NCBI GenBank assembly: GCA_029937535.1
Contig: JAPYPT010000003.1
Span: 1-56,006, forward strand
Reading direction: 5' to 3'
DNA: 56,006 bases
Source of the DNA: Alphaproteobacteria bacterium
GTDB taxonomy: Bacteria; Pseudomonadota; Alphaproteobacteria; GCA-2731375
In this document: positions 7,208 through 16,761 of the stretch, piece by piece
How the letters are laid out: each line of letters opens with the position of its first letter
Numbering within the stretch: the stretch's first letter is position 1
Made by a program: the position numbers and the translations under genes
Notes under the pieces: model-generated
What the model was told of the DNA's origin: nothing
Databases searched by the model: none
Seen by the model: only the letters and a program-made list of their open reading frames with translations

Positions 7208-8812
7208 CTACCCCGCCTTGTCCTCAAGAATCATCTCCGCGCCTTTTTCGGCGATCATGACCGTTGGCGCGTGGGTGTTGCCGGACACCAGGGTCGGCAT
7301 GATGGAGGCATCGATGACGCGCAGGCCTTCCAGGCCGCGCACCCGCAAGCGGTCGTCGACCACGGCGGCGACGTCGGCGTCGGGGCCCATGCGGCAGGTG
7401 CCGATGGGGTGGTAGACCGTGGAGCCGGTGGCGCGCGCGTAGGACAGCAATTCGTCATCGGACTGGACATCCGGTCCCGGCAGCATCTCGAAATCAACAT
7501 AGGGCGCTAGCGCCGGTTGGCTGGCGATGTCGCGGGCGATGCGCAGGCCGGCGATCAAGGCGGCGCGGTCGATCTCATCGGCCAGAAAATTGGGCCGGAT
7601 CGACGGTTCACTGCCCGCGCGCTGGTCGCGGATATGTATGGAACCCCGGCTTTCCGGGCGCAGTTGACAGGCCGCCAGGGTCATGCCCGGTTCGGCATCC
7701 AAGGTGCGGTCCTTGCCGCCCGAATGGCTGGCATGGGCGCCATGGAACTGTACATCCGGCGTCGCCAATTCCGGCCGGCTGCGGACAAAGCCATGCACGA
7801 TTCCGGCCGTATAGGTCAGCATGCCGCGCCGCGCGATGCCGTATTTCAGCACTTCCAGGGCCAGGCGCCAGCCCCGGCTCTGTTCGTTCAGCGTGGTGGC
7901 ATTGCGGACCCGCCAATTGATCCTCGTCATATAGTGATCGCGGTAATTCTCACCCACGCCGGGCAGCTCATGGCGGACTTCAATGCCAAGGTCCCGCAAC
8001 AATTCCGGCCGGCCGATGCCGGACAATTCCAACAACTGGGGCGATTGCACGGCCCCGGCGCTGAGAATGACCTCTCTGGTGGCGCGCGCCTGCCGGGTTT
8101 CCTCGCCCACTTTGTATTCCACGCCAACCACCCGCTTGCCTTCCATCAGCAGCCGGGCGGCGACCGCATTGGTCTCTACCCGCAGGTTGGCCCGATGGGA
8201 GGCCGGGGCCAGAAAGGCCCGCGCCGTGCTGTGGCGGCGGCCATTGCGCTGGGTCACTTGATAATAGCCGAAACCGTCCTGTTTCTCGCCGTTGTAATCG
8301 GGGTTGATGCCATGGCCCGCCTGACCTCCCGCCTCGATCATGGCGTCCAAAAGCTTGTTGAATTCCCGCATGTCGGCGACGTTCATGGGACCGCCGCCGC
8401 CGCGCAGTTCATTGCTGCCGCGCTCAAATTTCTCCGACTTTTTGAAGTACGGCAGGATCTGGTCGTATGACCAGCCCCGGTTGCCCATTTGAGCCCAGGT
8501 ATCATAGTCCTGGGCCTGGCCACGCACATACAGCATGCCGTTGATGGAGGAGGAACCGCCCAGGACCTTGCCCCGGGGAATGGGAATTTTCCGGTTCTCC
8601 GTGCCGTCCTCGGGCTCCGTCTCGAAACACCAGTTCACGGCCGGGTCGTTCAGGGTTTTGGTGAAGCCGACGGGCACATGGATCCAGATATTACGGTCCG
8701 GGCCGCCCGCTTCCAGCAACAGGGTCCGGGACAAGGGCGGCACGGTCAGGCGATTGGCCAGAACACAACCGGCGGAACCCGCCCCGATCACAATATAGTC
8801 GAATTCCACCAT
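7208..8812 (-). CDS. GMC-family FAD oxidoreductase (choline dehydrogenase-like)
   Basis: [37 protein letters not shown] and SGN; ATG 8812 follows GGGAGG. Confidence 0.93.
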   Translation of the reverse strand: MVEFDYIVIGAGSAGCVLANRLTVPPLSRTLLLEAGGPDRNIWIHVPVGFTKTLNDPAVNWCFETEPEDGTENRKIPIPRGKVLGGSSSINGMLYVRGQAQDYDTWAQMGNRGWSYDQILPYFKKSEKFERGSNELRGGGGPMNVADMREFNKLLDAMIEAGGQAGHGINPDYNGEKQDGFGYYQVTQRNGRRHSTARAFLAPASHRANLRVETNAVAARLLMEGKRVVGVEYKVGEETRQARATREVILSAGAVQSPQLLELSGIGRPELLRDLGIEVRHELPGVGENYRDHYMTRINWRVRNATTLNEQSRGWRLALEVLKYGIARRGMLTYTAGIVHGFVRSRPELATPDVQFHGAHASHSGGKDRTLDAEPGMTLAACQLRPESRGSIHIRDQRAGSEPSIRPNFLADEIDRAALIAGLRIARDIASQPALAPYVDFEMLPGPDVQSDDELLSYARATGSTVYHPIGTCRMGPDADVAAVVDDRLRVRGLEGLRVIDASIMPTLVSGNTHAPTVMIAEKGAEMILEDKAG

Positions 8813-8875
8813 TGCCGTTCCTCCCGCCGCCACTCAAGTTGGTTTTGCCGTCATTCTAACGCTATCCTAACCGGC

Positions 8876-8990
8876 AAGAGCAATTTTCAATTAACGGTGT
8901 CGTCCAAGACGTATTTGGCGCGACCCAAGTGATTGGTTCAATTGCTCTTTTCTTAAGAGTCCGAGCATGTTTAAAAAGAACATGCTCTAG
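8876..8990 (-). mobile_element. MITE/RIME-like double-hairpin intergenic element, subtype 1 (copy B, reverse orientation)
   Basis: Reverse complement reads CTAGAGCATGTTCTTTTTAAACATGCTCGGACTCTTAAGAAAAGAGCAATTGAACCAATCACTTGGGTCGCGCCAAATACGTCTTGG...AATTGCTCT; lies between divergent genes. Confidence 0.88.
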
Positions 8991-9012
8991 GAAATTATCG
9001 AAGGGCGGCGAT

Positions 9013-9641
9013 ATGACGGAGCAGACAAATCCATACCGGAACCCGGCGCTGTTGATCGTTGATATGCAGAACGATTTTGTCCGCCGGGATGCCCCGTTGG
9101 AGGTGCCCGATGCCCTTGGCACCGTCCCGGCCCACTTGGCCCTGATCGCGGCCTTCCGCGCCGCCCGGTGATCTATACCAAATTCCTGTCCCGCCAGAGC
9201 CCGAACCTAAGCTGGAACTGGTCGCCCGAGTGCGCGCCGCCCACCAAATGCTGCTGGCGCGGCCATGCCCGCCACTATCCGGATCTGAATTTGGAATTGG
9301 ACTGCACCGAGGTGATCGACGAACTTCGCCCCCACCCGGATGATCTGATCATCGAGAAATACGGCTATGGCGCCTTCCACGGCACCAATCTCGGGGACGA
9401 GTTGGTCAGAATGGATATCGGTTCATTGGTTATCACCGGCACGGTGAGCCAGATCTGCGTCGAGGAAACCGGGCGGGAAGCCTTCCACCATGGCTATCCC
9501 ACCACGCTTGTCTCGGACGCCGTCTCGTCGTTCGATAGAGAGCTGCATCGCGCCACCTTGCGCAATTTCGCCATGAAATTCGGTTGGGTCGAGAGCCATG
9601 ACGAGGTCATCGCGGCCATGGCCGGCGGCAACGTTGGCTGA
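9013..9641 (+). pseudogene. Cysteine hydrolase (isochorismatase family), frameshifted near 9165
   Basis: The first part (9013-9171) has ALLIVDMQNDF. The second part, in the -1 frame (9168-9641), has VIYT, IIEKYGYGAF and GTVSQICVEET. The Asp-Lys-Cys triad is split across two frames. Confidence 0.8.
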
Positions 9642-10419
9642 CGGCATCCGAAATGACGGCACCATGGCCGTCATTTCCGGCGCTGGCTCGCCCGTGGTGC
9701 TGGTACACGGGATGGGCCTGAACCTGGCGATGTGGCGCGGGCAACTGGCCCCGTTGGAGCAGCAATTCAAGGTGGTGCGCTACGATCTGCTGGGCCATGG
9801 CGCAAGCCAGGCGCGGCCGGGACCTTATGTCTTGGCCGATTTTGTTGATCAGTTGGCGCGGCTGCTGGATGGATTGGAGATTGAACGCTGCCATCTGGTC
9901 GGATTTTCCCTCGGCGGGCTGATCGCCCAGGCTTTCACGCTTGACCACCCCCTCCGCGTTGACCGCCTGGCGGTCCTCAATACCGGTTTTGACCGCGACG
10001 ACGGGGAGAGGGCGGGTATGATCGAACGGCTGCGGATTGCCTGGGAGGATGGTCACGCAGCGACGGTGGAGACGGCGCTGGCGCGCTGGTTCACGGCTGA
10101 ATTCACCAAGTGCCAGCCGAACCTCATCGATCAGGTGAGAGGCTGGATGCACGCCAATGATCCAGCGGTCTACCCAGAGGTCTACCGCGTGCTGGTCTAT
10201 GGCGATCGGGCCCTTGCCGCCGAATTGCCGGCGATCAGATGCCCTGCCCTGGTGCTGACCTGCGCCGGCGACAGTGGCAGTCCGCCGGCCATGGCCCAGC
10301 GCATGGCCCGGGCGATCCCCCACGCCCACCTCGCCATTGTGCCGGACCTGAAACATATGGGATTGCTGGAGGATCCGCCCGCCATCAATGATATTCTGCT
10401 GCCCTTCCTGGTCGGATGA
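9634..10419 (+). CDS. Alpha/beta hydrolase (PcaD/RutD-like)
   Basis: VHGMG, RYDLLGHG, Ser nucleophile in GFSLGG and KHMGLLE. Start uncertain: TTG 9634 (overlapping the upstream stop) or ATG 9664. Confidence 0.85.
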   Translation: MADGIRNDGTMAVISGAGSPVVLVHGMGLNLAMWRGQLAPLEQQFKVVRYDLLGHGASQARPGPYVLADFVDQLARLLDGLEIERCHLVGFSLGGLIAQAFTLDHPLRVDRLAVLNTGFDRDDGERAGMIERLRIAWEDGHAATVETALARWFTAEFTKCQPNLIDQVRGWMHANDPAVYPEVYRVLVYGDRALAAELPAIRCPALVLTCAGDSGSPPAMAQRMARAIPHAHLAIVPDLKHMGLLEDPPAINDILLPFLVG

Positions 10420-10528
10420 ACGCCGGCCGGATAAACGCATTTTGGTGGTTGGCGTGGAGCGGGCGGCATGACTATATTGCCGCAATGATCGAGATATGGA
10501 ATTTTGCCCAACGTCAGGAGATCCCCTC

Positions 10529-11704
10529 ATGAGAGAAGCCGTCATTGTTTCCACCGCCCGCACCCCGATCGGTAAAGCCTATCGCGGCGCCTTCAACGAC
10601 ACCGAAGGTCCGGCCTTGGCCGGCCATGCCATCAGACATGCGGTGGCCCGCGCCGGCATTGACCCAGGCGAGGTTGACGACGTGATCATCGGTTGCGCCC
10701 TGCAGCAAGGCACGACGGGCAACAACACGGCGCGGCAAAGCCTGCTGGCCGGCGGCCTGCCGGTGGGTGTCAGCGGCATGACCCTGGACCGGCAATGTTC
10801 TTCGGGCATGATGGCCATTGCCACCGCCGCCAAGCAGGTAATGGATGATGGCATGCCGATCTGCATCGGCGGTGGCGTTGAATCCATTTCCATGGTGCAG
10901 AACGGCAACATGAATGTACATGCCAACAAATCCGTCACGGACCAGTCCAAGAATATTTACATGGCCATGTTGAACACGGCGGAAACCGTGGCCGAGCGTT
11001 ATTCGGTCAGCCGCGACGATATGGATGCCTATGGCCTGCAAAGCCAGATGCGCACGGCGGCGGCGCAACAGGCCGGCAAGTTCGATGACGAAATCGTCGC
11101 CATGACGTCGATCAAAAAGGTCACCAACAAGGAGACCGGCGACATTACGGAAGAAGAAGTCACCTTGGACAAGGACGAAGGCAACCGTCCCTCGACCAAT
11201 CTGGAAGGCCTGGTTGGGCTGAAGCCGGTTTTTGACGGCGGCGTCATCACCGCCGGCAATGCCTCGCAGCTATCCGATGGCGCCTCGGCGGCCGTGGTCA
11301 TGGATGCGAAACTGGCCGAACAGCGCAATATCCAACCCCTCGGCATCTATCGTGGTTTGGCGGTTGCCGGTTGCGAACCCGACGAAATGGGCATCGGCCC
11401 GGTCTTCGCGGTTCCGAAGTTGTTGGAACGCAATGGCCTGACCGTCGACGACATCGGCCTGTGGGAGCTGAACGAAGCTTTCGCCGTGCAAGTGCTGTAT
11501 TGCCGCGACCGCCTTGGCATCCCCGACGAAAACCTGAACGTCAACGGCGGCGCCGTCTCCATCGGCCATCCCTACGGCATGAGCGGGGCCCGCATGGTCG
11601 GCCATGCCCTCATCGAAGGCAAACGCCGGGGCGCCAAATTTGTGGTTTGCACCATGTGCATTGGCGGCGGCATGGGCGCGGCCGGCCTGTTCGAGGTCGC
11701 ATAA
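10529..11704 (+). CDS. Acetyl-CoA C-acyltransferase (thiolase)
   Basis: [19 protein letters not shown] and CIGGGMG; AGGAG RBS before ATG 10529. Confidence 0.95.
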   Translation: MREAVIVSTARTPIGKAYRGAFNDTEGPALAGHAIRHAVARAGIDPGEVDDVIIGCALQQGTTGNNTARQSLLAGGLPVGVSGMTLDRQCSSGMMAIATAAKQVMDDGMPICIGGGVESISMVQNGNMNVHANKSVTDQSKNIYMAMLNTAETVAERYSVSRDDMDAYGLQSQMRTAAAQQAGKFDDEIVAMTSIKKVTNKETGDITEEEVTLDKDEGNRPSTNLEGLVGLKPVFDGGVITAGNASQLSDGASAAVVMDAKLAEQRNIQPLGIYRGLAVAGCEPDEMGIGPVFAVPKLLERNGLTVDDIGLWELNEAFAVQVLYCRDRLGIPDENLNVNGGAVSIGHPYGMSGARMVGHALIEGKRRGAKFVVCTMCIGGGMGAAGLFEVA

Positions 11705-11736
11705 CCCAGAAGACAGTAAGGCCAAACAGAAACGCC

Positions 11737-11762
11737 GGGGCGTCCACGTAAATGGGCGCCCC
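11737..11762. terminator. GC hairpin between convergent genes
   Basis: GGGGCGTCCA-cgtaaa-TGGGCGCCCC downstream of the thiolase; no clear U-tract. Confidence 0.4.
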
Positions 11763-11817
11763 GATTGCGTCGAGCGGTATTATTCCAATTGAAGATAATC
11801 GAACGGCGACGGCCTTT

Positions 11818-11970
11818 TTAATCGCGTCGTTCGTCCGCCCCGCGGCGCTCTTTGGTGCGGCGGCTGCCCAGTCTACGTTCGCCCTCATTCGGCGCACCTA
11901 GGTCGCGCTGCCGGCGGTCGTTGCCACGGCGGTCCGATGTGCGCCGCGGCGAGCCTCTGTCAATTGCCAT
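11818..11970 (-). CDS. 50-aa Arg-rich microprotein with periodic (D/E)RR repeats (below the ORF-track cutoff)
   Basis: MAIDRGSPRRTSDRRGNDRRQRDLGAPNEGERRLGSRRTKERRGADERRD*; GGAG 6 nt upstream of the ATG; fills an otherwise empty intergenic gap. Confidence 0.65.
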   Translation of the reverse strand: MAIDRGSPRRTSDRRGNDRRQRDLGAPNEGERRLGSRRTKERRGADERRD

Positions 11971-12157
11971 GCATTACTCCAACATCTCGAAACATATATT
12001 GTGCCCAATTTGCCACGCCAGTTCAACGTCTGGGCGACGGACACGACCCACTTGGTTTTAGGATGCAAATATCATGCCAGTAATCTCAAGGTATATAAAT
12101 CAAAGGCTTAAGATTGGACCCCTGGCAAATGTGTAAAGAATTCCGACAGTTTGACCC

Positions 12158-13672
12158 CTATTGTGATTTCGGTATTCGCACCAATGCAATCAAAGGTAAA
12201 ACAGCCAGGCTCGCCAGCGTATAGGCCTTGAAAGCATTGATATAGCCGATCAAGGCAGCTTGCCGCCCTATTTCGCCGCTGAGGGCGGCCAGACCTTTGG
12301 CGTTGTCCGTGCTCCAGGCGCCCACGGACCAGGGCAAGGTCAGGATTTTATTATAGTCGGAGATCGCTTCGCTGATGCCGGCATAATTCGATGAAGTGGA
12401 AATTATCACCACGGTAATCGATAGGGAAATGAAGACGGCGCTGCCCAGATTTCGCAGCAAATGATAGACCGCTGAACCTTCCGCCAGGTGTTTGTTATCC
12501 AGGGTGGCGAAGGCGGCCACCGTCAATGGCACCCAGATAATGCCGATCGCCAGACCCTGCAGGAGAGAGTTGAAGCCGACGTCCATAATGGTGACATTAA
12601 TATCAAAGCTGGACATATGCAGGCCCGAGGCAACCTGCATCAAGAAGCCAATGGTCATGCCGATCCTGGGGTCCAGGCGCGAGATGAACATGGCGACGAA
12701 AAAGCCAAAAATGGCGCCCACGCCGCGCAAACCCAACAGCACCCCGATGACGCTGTCGGGATAGCCCAGCAATCCCTGAAGCATGGGCGGCAACAGCACC
12801 ATGGGCGTAAAATTCAACATACCGTAAATTCCGACGATGATCAGGCCGATCACGAAATTACGGTCCAGCAGCAGACGCGGGTTCAAGAACGGCTGCCGCG
12901 CGGTCAGGCTGTGAACAATGAACAGGTGGATGGCGATCAGCGCCAGCACCGCCTCGATGATAATCTCTGGGCTTTCGAACCAGTCATGGCGTTGGCCCCG
13001 GGACAGCATCAACTGCAAGGCAACAACGGCAACCGACAAGGTCAGGAACCCGGTCCAGTCCAGGGTCACGCCGCGTTGCCGCCCCTTGTCCGTAAGAAAC
13101 AGGGACAAGCCCACCAGGGCAATAACGCCAAAGGGCAGGAACATGAAGAACGCAGCCTGCCAGCCAAAATCTTCCGCCAGCCACCCCCCCAGCCGGGGCC
13201 CGATCCCGGGCCCGACGACCACCGCCATTCCGAACACCGATGTCGCCATGCTGTGTTGATGTCTGGGGAAACTATCCAAAACGATGGCCTGGCCCAATGG
13301 GATCAAGGGCGCGCCAAAAGTACCCTGGGCGATGCGGAATAACACCAGTACCGGTAAGTTGGTGGCCAGGCCGCAAAACATGGTCGCCACGGTAAAGCCC
13401 GCCATGCTGCCCAGCATGACCCGGCGCCGTCCGAACCGCGCCGCCAACCAGCCGGACATAGGCGTCATCACCGCCGTCGCCAGAATGTTGAATGTCATGA
13501 CCCAGGCAACTTCATCCTGGGTTGCCGACAAGGAGCCCTGCATTTGCGGCAGCACAACCGAGACGACCAGAATGGCCATGGCATATTGCGTCGTCGCCAG
13601 GGTGACTGAAAACAGAATGGCCCAACGGCGGAAGGTTGTGAGGGTGTTAGCGTCCTGGGTAATCGCGGTCAT
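12158..13672 (-). CDS. DHA2 (EmrB/QacA) MFS efflux transporter
   Basis: About 14 hydrophobic segments; GWLAARFGRRR motif A, FRIAQG motif B and GPGIGPRLGGW motif C. Confidence 0.92.
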   Translation of the reverse strand: MTAITQDANTLTTFRRWAILFSVTLATTQYAMAILVVSVVLPQMQGSLSATQDEVAWVMTFNILATAVMTPMSGWLAARFGRRRVMLGSMAGFTVATMFCGLATNLPVLVLFRIAQGTFGAPLIPLGQAIVLDSFPRHQHSMATSVFGMAVVVGPGIGPRLGGWLAEDFGWQAAFFMFLPFGVIALVGLSLFLTDKGRQRGVTLDWTGFLTLSVAVVALQLMLSRGQRHDWFESPEIIIEAVLALIAIHLFIVHSLTARQPFLNPRLLLDRNFVIGLIIVGIYGMLNFTPMVLLPPMLQGLLGYPDSVIGVLLGLRGVGAIFGFFVAMFISRLDPRIGMTIGFLMQVASGLHMSSFDINVTIMDVGFNSLLQGLAIGIIWVPLTVAAFATLDNKHLAEGSAVYHLLRNLGSAVFISLSITVVIISTSSNYAGISEAISDYNKILTLPWSVGAWSTDNAKGLAALSGEIGRQAALIGYINAFKAYTLASLAVLPLIALVRIPKSQ

Positions 13673-13788
13673 GGCTGGGCTAAAGCGCGCTCATGAATGC
13701 CCGGGCAATACCGGCACCCATCGAAGCATACCGCGTCACGCTGAAGCCGTGGCGACAAAATCGCGGGACTGTTCGTCAACTGGGAAAA

Positions 13789-13814
13789 CGGCCGGCAGAG
13801 TACCGGCACGGCCG
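13789..13814. terminator. Probable intrinsic terminator downstream of rpsU
   Basis: CGGCCG...CGGCCG stem flanked by A-tracts on both sides (13785-13788 and 13816-13820), about 25 bp after the rpsU stop. Confidence 0.5.
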
Positions 13815-13839
13815 CAAAAAGGAATTGAAAGGCTTGGCG

Positions 13840-14049
13840 TTAAAGCAAGCCTTCCTTCTGAGCCCGCTTGCGGGCCAATTTACGCGCCCGGCGCACCGCC
13901 TCGGCCTTTTCACGGGCCCGGCGTTCCGACGGCTTTTCAAAATACTTCCGCATTTTCATTTCGCGGAAGACACCTTCGCGCTGCAATTTCTTTTTCAGGG
14001 CCCGAAGCGCCTGATCAACATTATTGTCGCGAACACTGACCTGTACCAG
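13840..14049 (-). CDS. rpsU: 30S ribosomal protein S21 (not in ORF track; CTG start)
   Basis: Manual translation (L/M)[68 protein letters not shown]; GGAG 7 nt before CTG; in-frame TGA 5 codons upstream. Confidence 0.95.
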   Translation of the reverse strand: MVQVSVRDNNVDQALRALKKKLQREGVFREMKMRKYFEKPSERRAREKAEAVRRARKLARKRAQKEGLL

Positions 14050-14481
14050 TGGTCTTCTCCTTCAATTTCCGCGGAATTCAGCCCCTTAGAAGCCGAATTC
14101 CGATGATCCAATGATCATTCAAATAACAATTCAAAAGCCCGAAAAGCTAGGCGTGTATAACCATTCGCCAAGCATTACCAGCCGATTACCATCGTATATA
14201 GACCAAAGATGTTCGGATGTGAAGCACCGAAAACAGCCCAACAATTCGTCAATAGCTGGGTGTTAGGCTGCCGGATCGCAACCTGCGCCACGGAGACCAC
14301 GCCGTCATGTTCAAATTCATGATGTCTCTTCTAATTTGCCTGATAATCCCGCCTCTGCCGCTTTTGGCCGATGGCAAGAGCGACGGTCTGACGGCGGAAC
14401 AGGCGCATTTTTGCCATTTGAGTTTCCCATGACTTTGCCCGTAAGCTGAGTGAGGTCCCGTCCGCAGCTAAGAAAAATACC

Positions 14482-15702
14482 GTGCCCCTGCTTTTACTCG
14501 CCGTCGTCGCCATGTTGATCCAGCAGACCATGGCGACCGTGGCCAAAACCGCCATTCCGGTACTGTTTCCCACCATCGCCATCGCCCTGGGCACCGCGTC
14601 CGAGGCGGTCTTGGTGTATACCTGGGTATTCGCTTGTGTCGGCGTGCTGGTCATGGCCGGGTGCGGCACATTCATCATTCGTTTCGGCGCCCTCCGCATG
14701 AGCCAGTTGGGCGGCGTGCTCATGGCGCTGGGCCTCGGTCTGGCCGCCCTGGCGGGCCTCGATTATTGGACCGGAATTGTGATGCTGGCGTTGGGGGCGG
14801 TGCTGATCAGCGCGGGTTCGACGTCCGCCACGCCGGCCAGCTCGGAAATTCTGGCCCGATATGCACCCCCAAGAATGGCGCCGTTCATCTTTTCCATCAA
14901 ACAGACCGGGGTGCCCGCGGGCATCGCCATCGCCGGTGCCCTGGTGCTGCCCCTGTCGGTCTGGATCGGCTGGCAGGCCGCCGTGCTGGTCACCGCGGGC
15001 GTTTGCCTGGTGATCGCAATCGGGCTGGAACCCTGCCGCGCGAAATTCGACAAGGACCGGAACCCACGTCAAAAACTGGCCTTTGGCGATGTCAGGGAGA
15101 CGGTGCGCATCGTGTTGCGGGAGCCTGACTTGCGCGGCATGGCCATGGCGGCCTTCGTATTTGTCGGCCTGCAGGCGATCTTTACCAATTTCACGGTGGT
15201 CTATCTGTATGAGGAACTGCACTACGGGGTGGTGGAGGCGGGCGCGGTTCTGGGCCTGACCACCCTGGTCGCGGTGCCGGCGCGGATATTTTGGGGGCTT
15301 GTCGCCTCGACCATACTGCCGGCCCGCCCTTTACTGGGCATCCTGGCGGCGGTCATGGCGGTGGCGACCGCCGCCATGGGCGCGTTCTCTCCGGCCTGGG
15401 CGCAGTGGCAGGTTTCCGCCGTCTGTGTCGTCATCGCCATGACCGCATTGTCCTGGCATGGCGTTCTGCTGTCGGAAGTGGCCCGCCTCGCCCCCGACGG
15501 CGCGGTCGGGCGTTTGACCGGCGGGGTCTTGGCGTTCGGTACCGCCGGCCAGGTCGCCTCGCCCCTGCTGTTTGGCGCCTTGTACTTCCCCTTCGGCTAT
15601 CAGGCCGCTTATCTGGCCATTGGCTTGCCGGCGGCGGTCGTTGCCGTGGTGATGCTGCGCCAGCACCGCAACGCAACGCCGGCCAAGAGGACATCACCGT
15701 AA
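14482..15702 (+). CDS. MFS transporter
   Basis: About 12 hydrophobic segments; IRFGALR loop and FSIKQTGVPAG. Confidence 0.88.
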   Translation: MPLLLLAVVAMLIQQTMATVAKTAIPVLFPTIAIALGTASEAVLVYTWVFACVGVLVMAGCGTFIIRFGALRMSQLGGVLMALGLGLAALAGLDYWTGIVMLALGAVLISAGSTSATPASSEILARYAPPRMAPFIFSIKQTGVPAGIAIAGALVLPLSVWIGWQAAVLVTAGVCLVIAIGLEPCRAKFDKDRNPRQKLAFGDVRETVRIVLREPDLRGMAMAAFVFVGLQAIFTNFTVVYLYEELHYGVVEAGAVLGLTTLVAVPARIFWGLVASTILPARPLLGILAAVMAVATAAMGAFSPAWAQWQVSAVCVVIAMTALSWHGVLLSEVARLAPDGAVGRLTGGVLAFGTAGQVASPLLFGALYFPFGYQAAYLAIGLPAAVVAVVMLRQHRNATPAKRTSP

Positions 15703-16758
15703 GCCGGGCAGGACCTGTTGCTCAAGCAGCTCCATGGCGCGGGGGGCGTCGGGGTTTTGCGATAGGGCGAGGCGGCCGCCGATGACGATCTTGTCCAGGC
15801 CGAGGCCGGCCAGGGCATGCAGTTTCTCCAGACATTGCTCCGGTGTGCCGACCACCGCGAAATGGTCGATGAAGCTTTCGGTCAGGGTGCCGGCCTGGCG
15901 CGAATCCGCCTGGGTATGTTTGTTCATGTCGTAGTTGCTGACCAGGGTATGCAGGGCGGCCCGCGCCGCCTCGGACCACGGCCCCATGGTGCGCCCATGC
16001 ATGACATTGAAGCGGGCGAAGGTGGTCAGGCCGCCGCGGACCAGATCCCGGGCGGCGGCAATATCGTCGTGGCAGGCCAGGTTGATATAGGCGCCGTAGG
16101 CCACGCCATCGGGTTCCAAACCGGCCGCCCGCCGCGCCTGACGGGCCACCTCGATACCCCAGGCCAGACGGTCCGGATCGGCGCCCAGGGTGAACATCAC
16201 CCGCTCCGCATGGCAGGCCCCGATGCCGATGACCCGCGGCCCGGTCGCCGCCACTTCCACCGGGACTTTCTCGGTGCCGGCGATCCAGGCGATGCGGCTC
16301 TCGGTGGGTGCATCGTGCAGATGCAAATCGGACATGGGCGGGGCCACGTCGAGAGGAATATCGATCTCGTCGAACGGTACCGCCTCGCCCCGCAAATAAG
16401 CTTGCAGATGCCGCATGTAGGTTTCGAAATGCCCGACCCTGCCCGGCGCCCGGCCCAGATGCGCCAGGGCGCTGTCGCCCCGGCCAATACCCAGCACGGC
16501 GCGGCCCTCCGCCACCCGCTGCACCGAGGCGATTGCGGTGGCCGTCGCCGCCGCATGGCGGGTCACCGAATTGGTCACGGCCGTGGCCAGGCCGATGCGT
16601 TCGGTCACCGTCGCCGCCATGGCCAGCGAGACATATGGATCGCCCGACAAATTCTGTGAATCCACCACGGCCAGTCCGTCCCAGCCGTTTTCCTCCACCG
16701 TGCGGGCCAGCTTGACGATGCCGCGCGGCGAGGCCGCGCCCGTTGTCCAGACTTCCAT
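15694..16758 (-). CDS. Luciferase-like monooxygenase (LLM) family oxidoreductase
   Basis: GWDGLAVVD, ATVTERIGLATAVTN, GRAVLGIGRGDS, VAATGPR and VVGTPEQC. Confidence 0.9.
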   Translation of the reverse strand: MEVWTTGAASPRGIVKLARTVEENGWDGLAVVDSQNLSGDPYVSLAMAATVTERIGLATAVTNSVTRHAAATATAIASVQRVAEGRAVLGIGRGDSALAHLGRAPGRVGHFETYMRHLQAYLRGEAVPFDEIDIPLDVAPPMSDLHLHDAPTESRIAWIAGTEKVPVEVAATGPRVIGIGACHAERVMFTLGADPDRLAWGIEVARQARRAAGLEPDGVAYGAYINLACHDDIAAARDLVRGGLTTFARFNVMHGRTMGPWSEAARAALHTLVSNYDMNKHTQADSRQAGTLTESFIDHFAVVGTPEQCLEKLHALAGLGLDKIVIGGRLALSQNPDAPRAMELLEQQVLPGLR

Positions 16759-16761
16759 TAG

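Noticed and set aside
13693-14106. 137-aa + strand ORF
   Set aside because: Antisense shadow of rpsU
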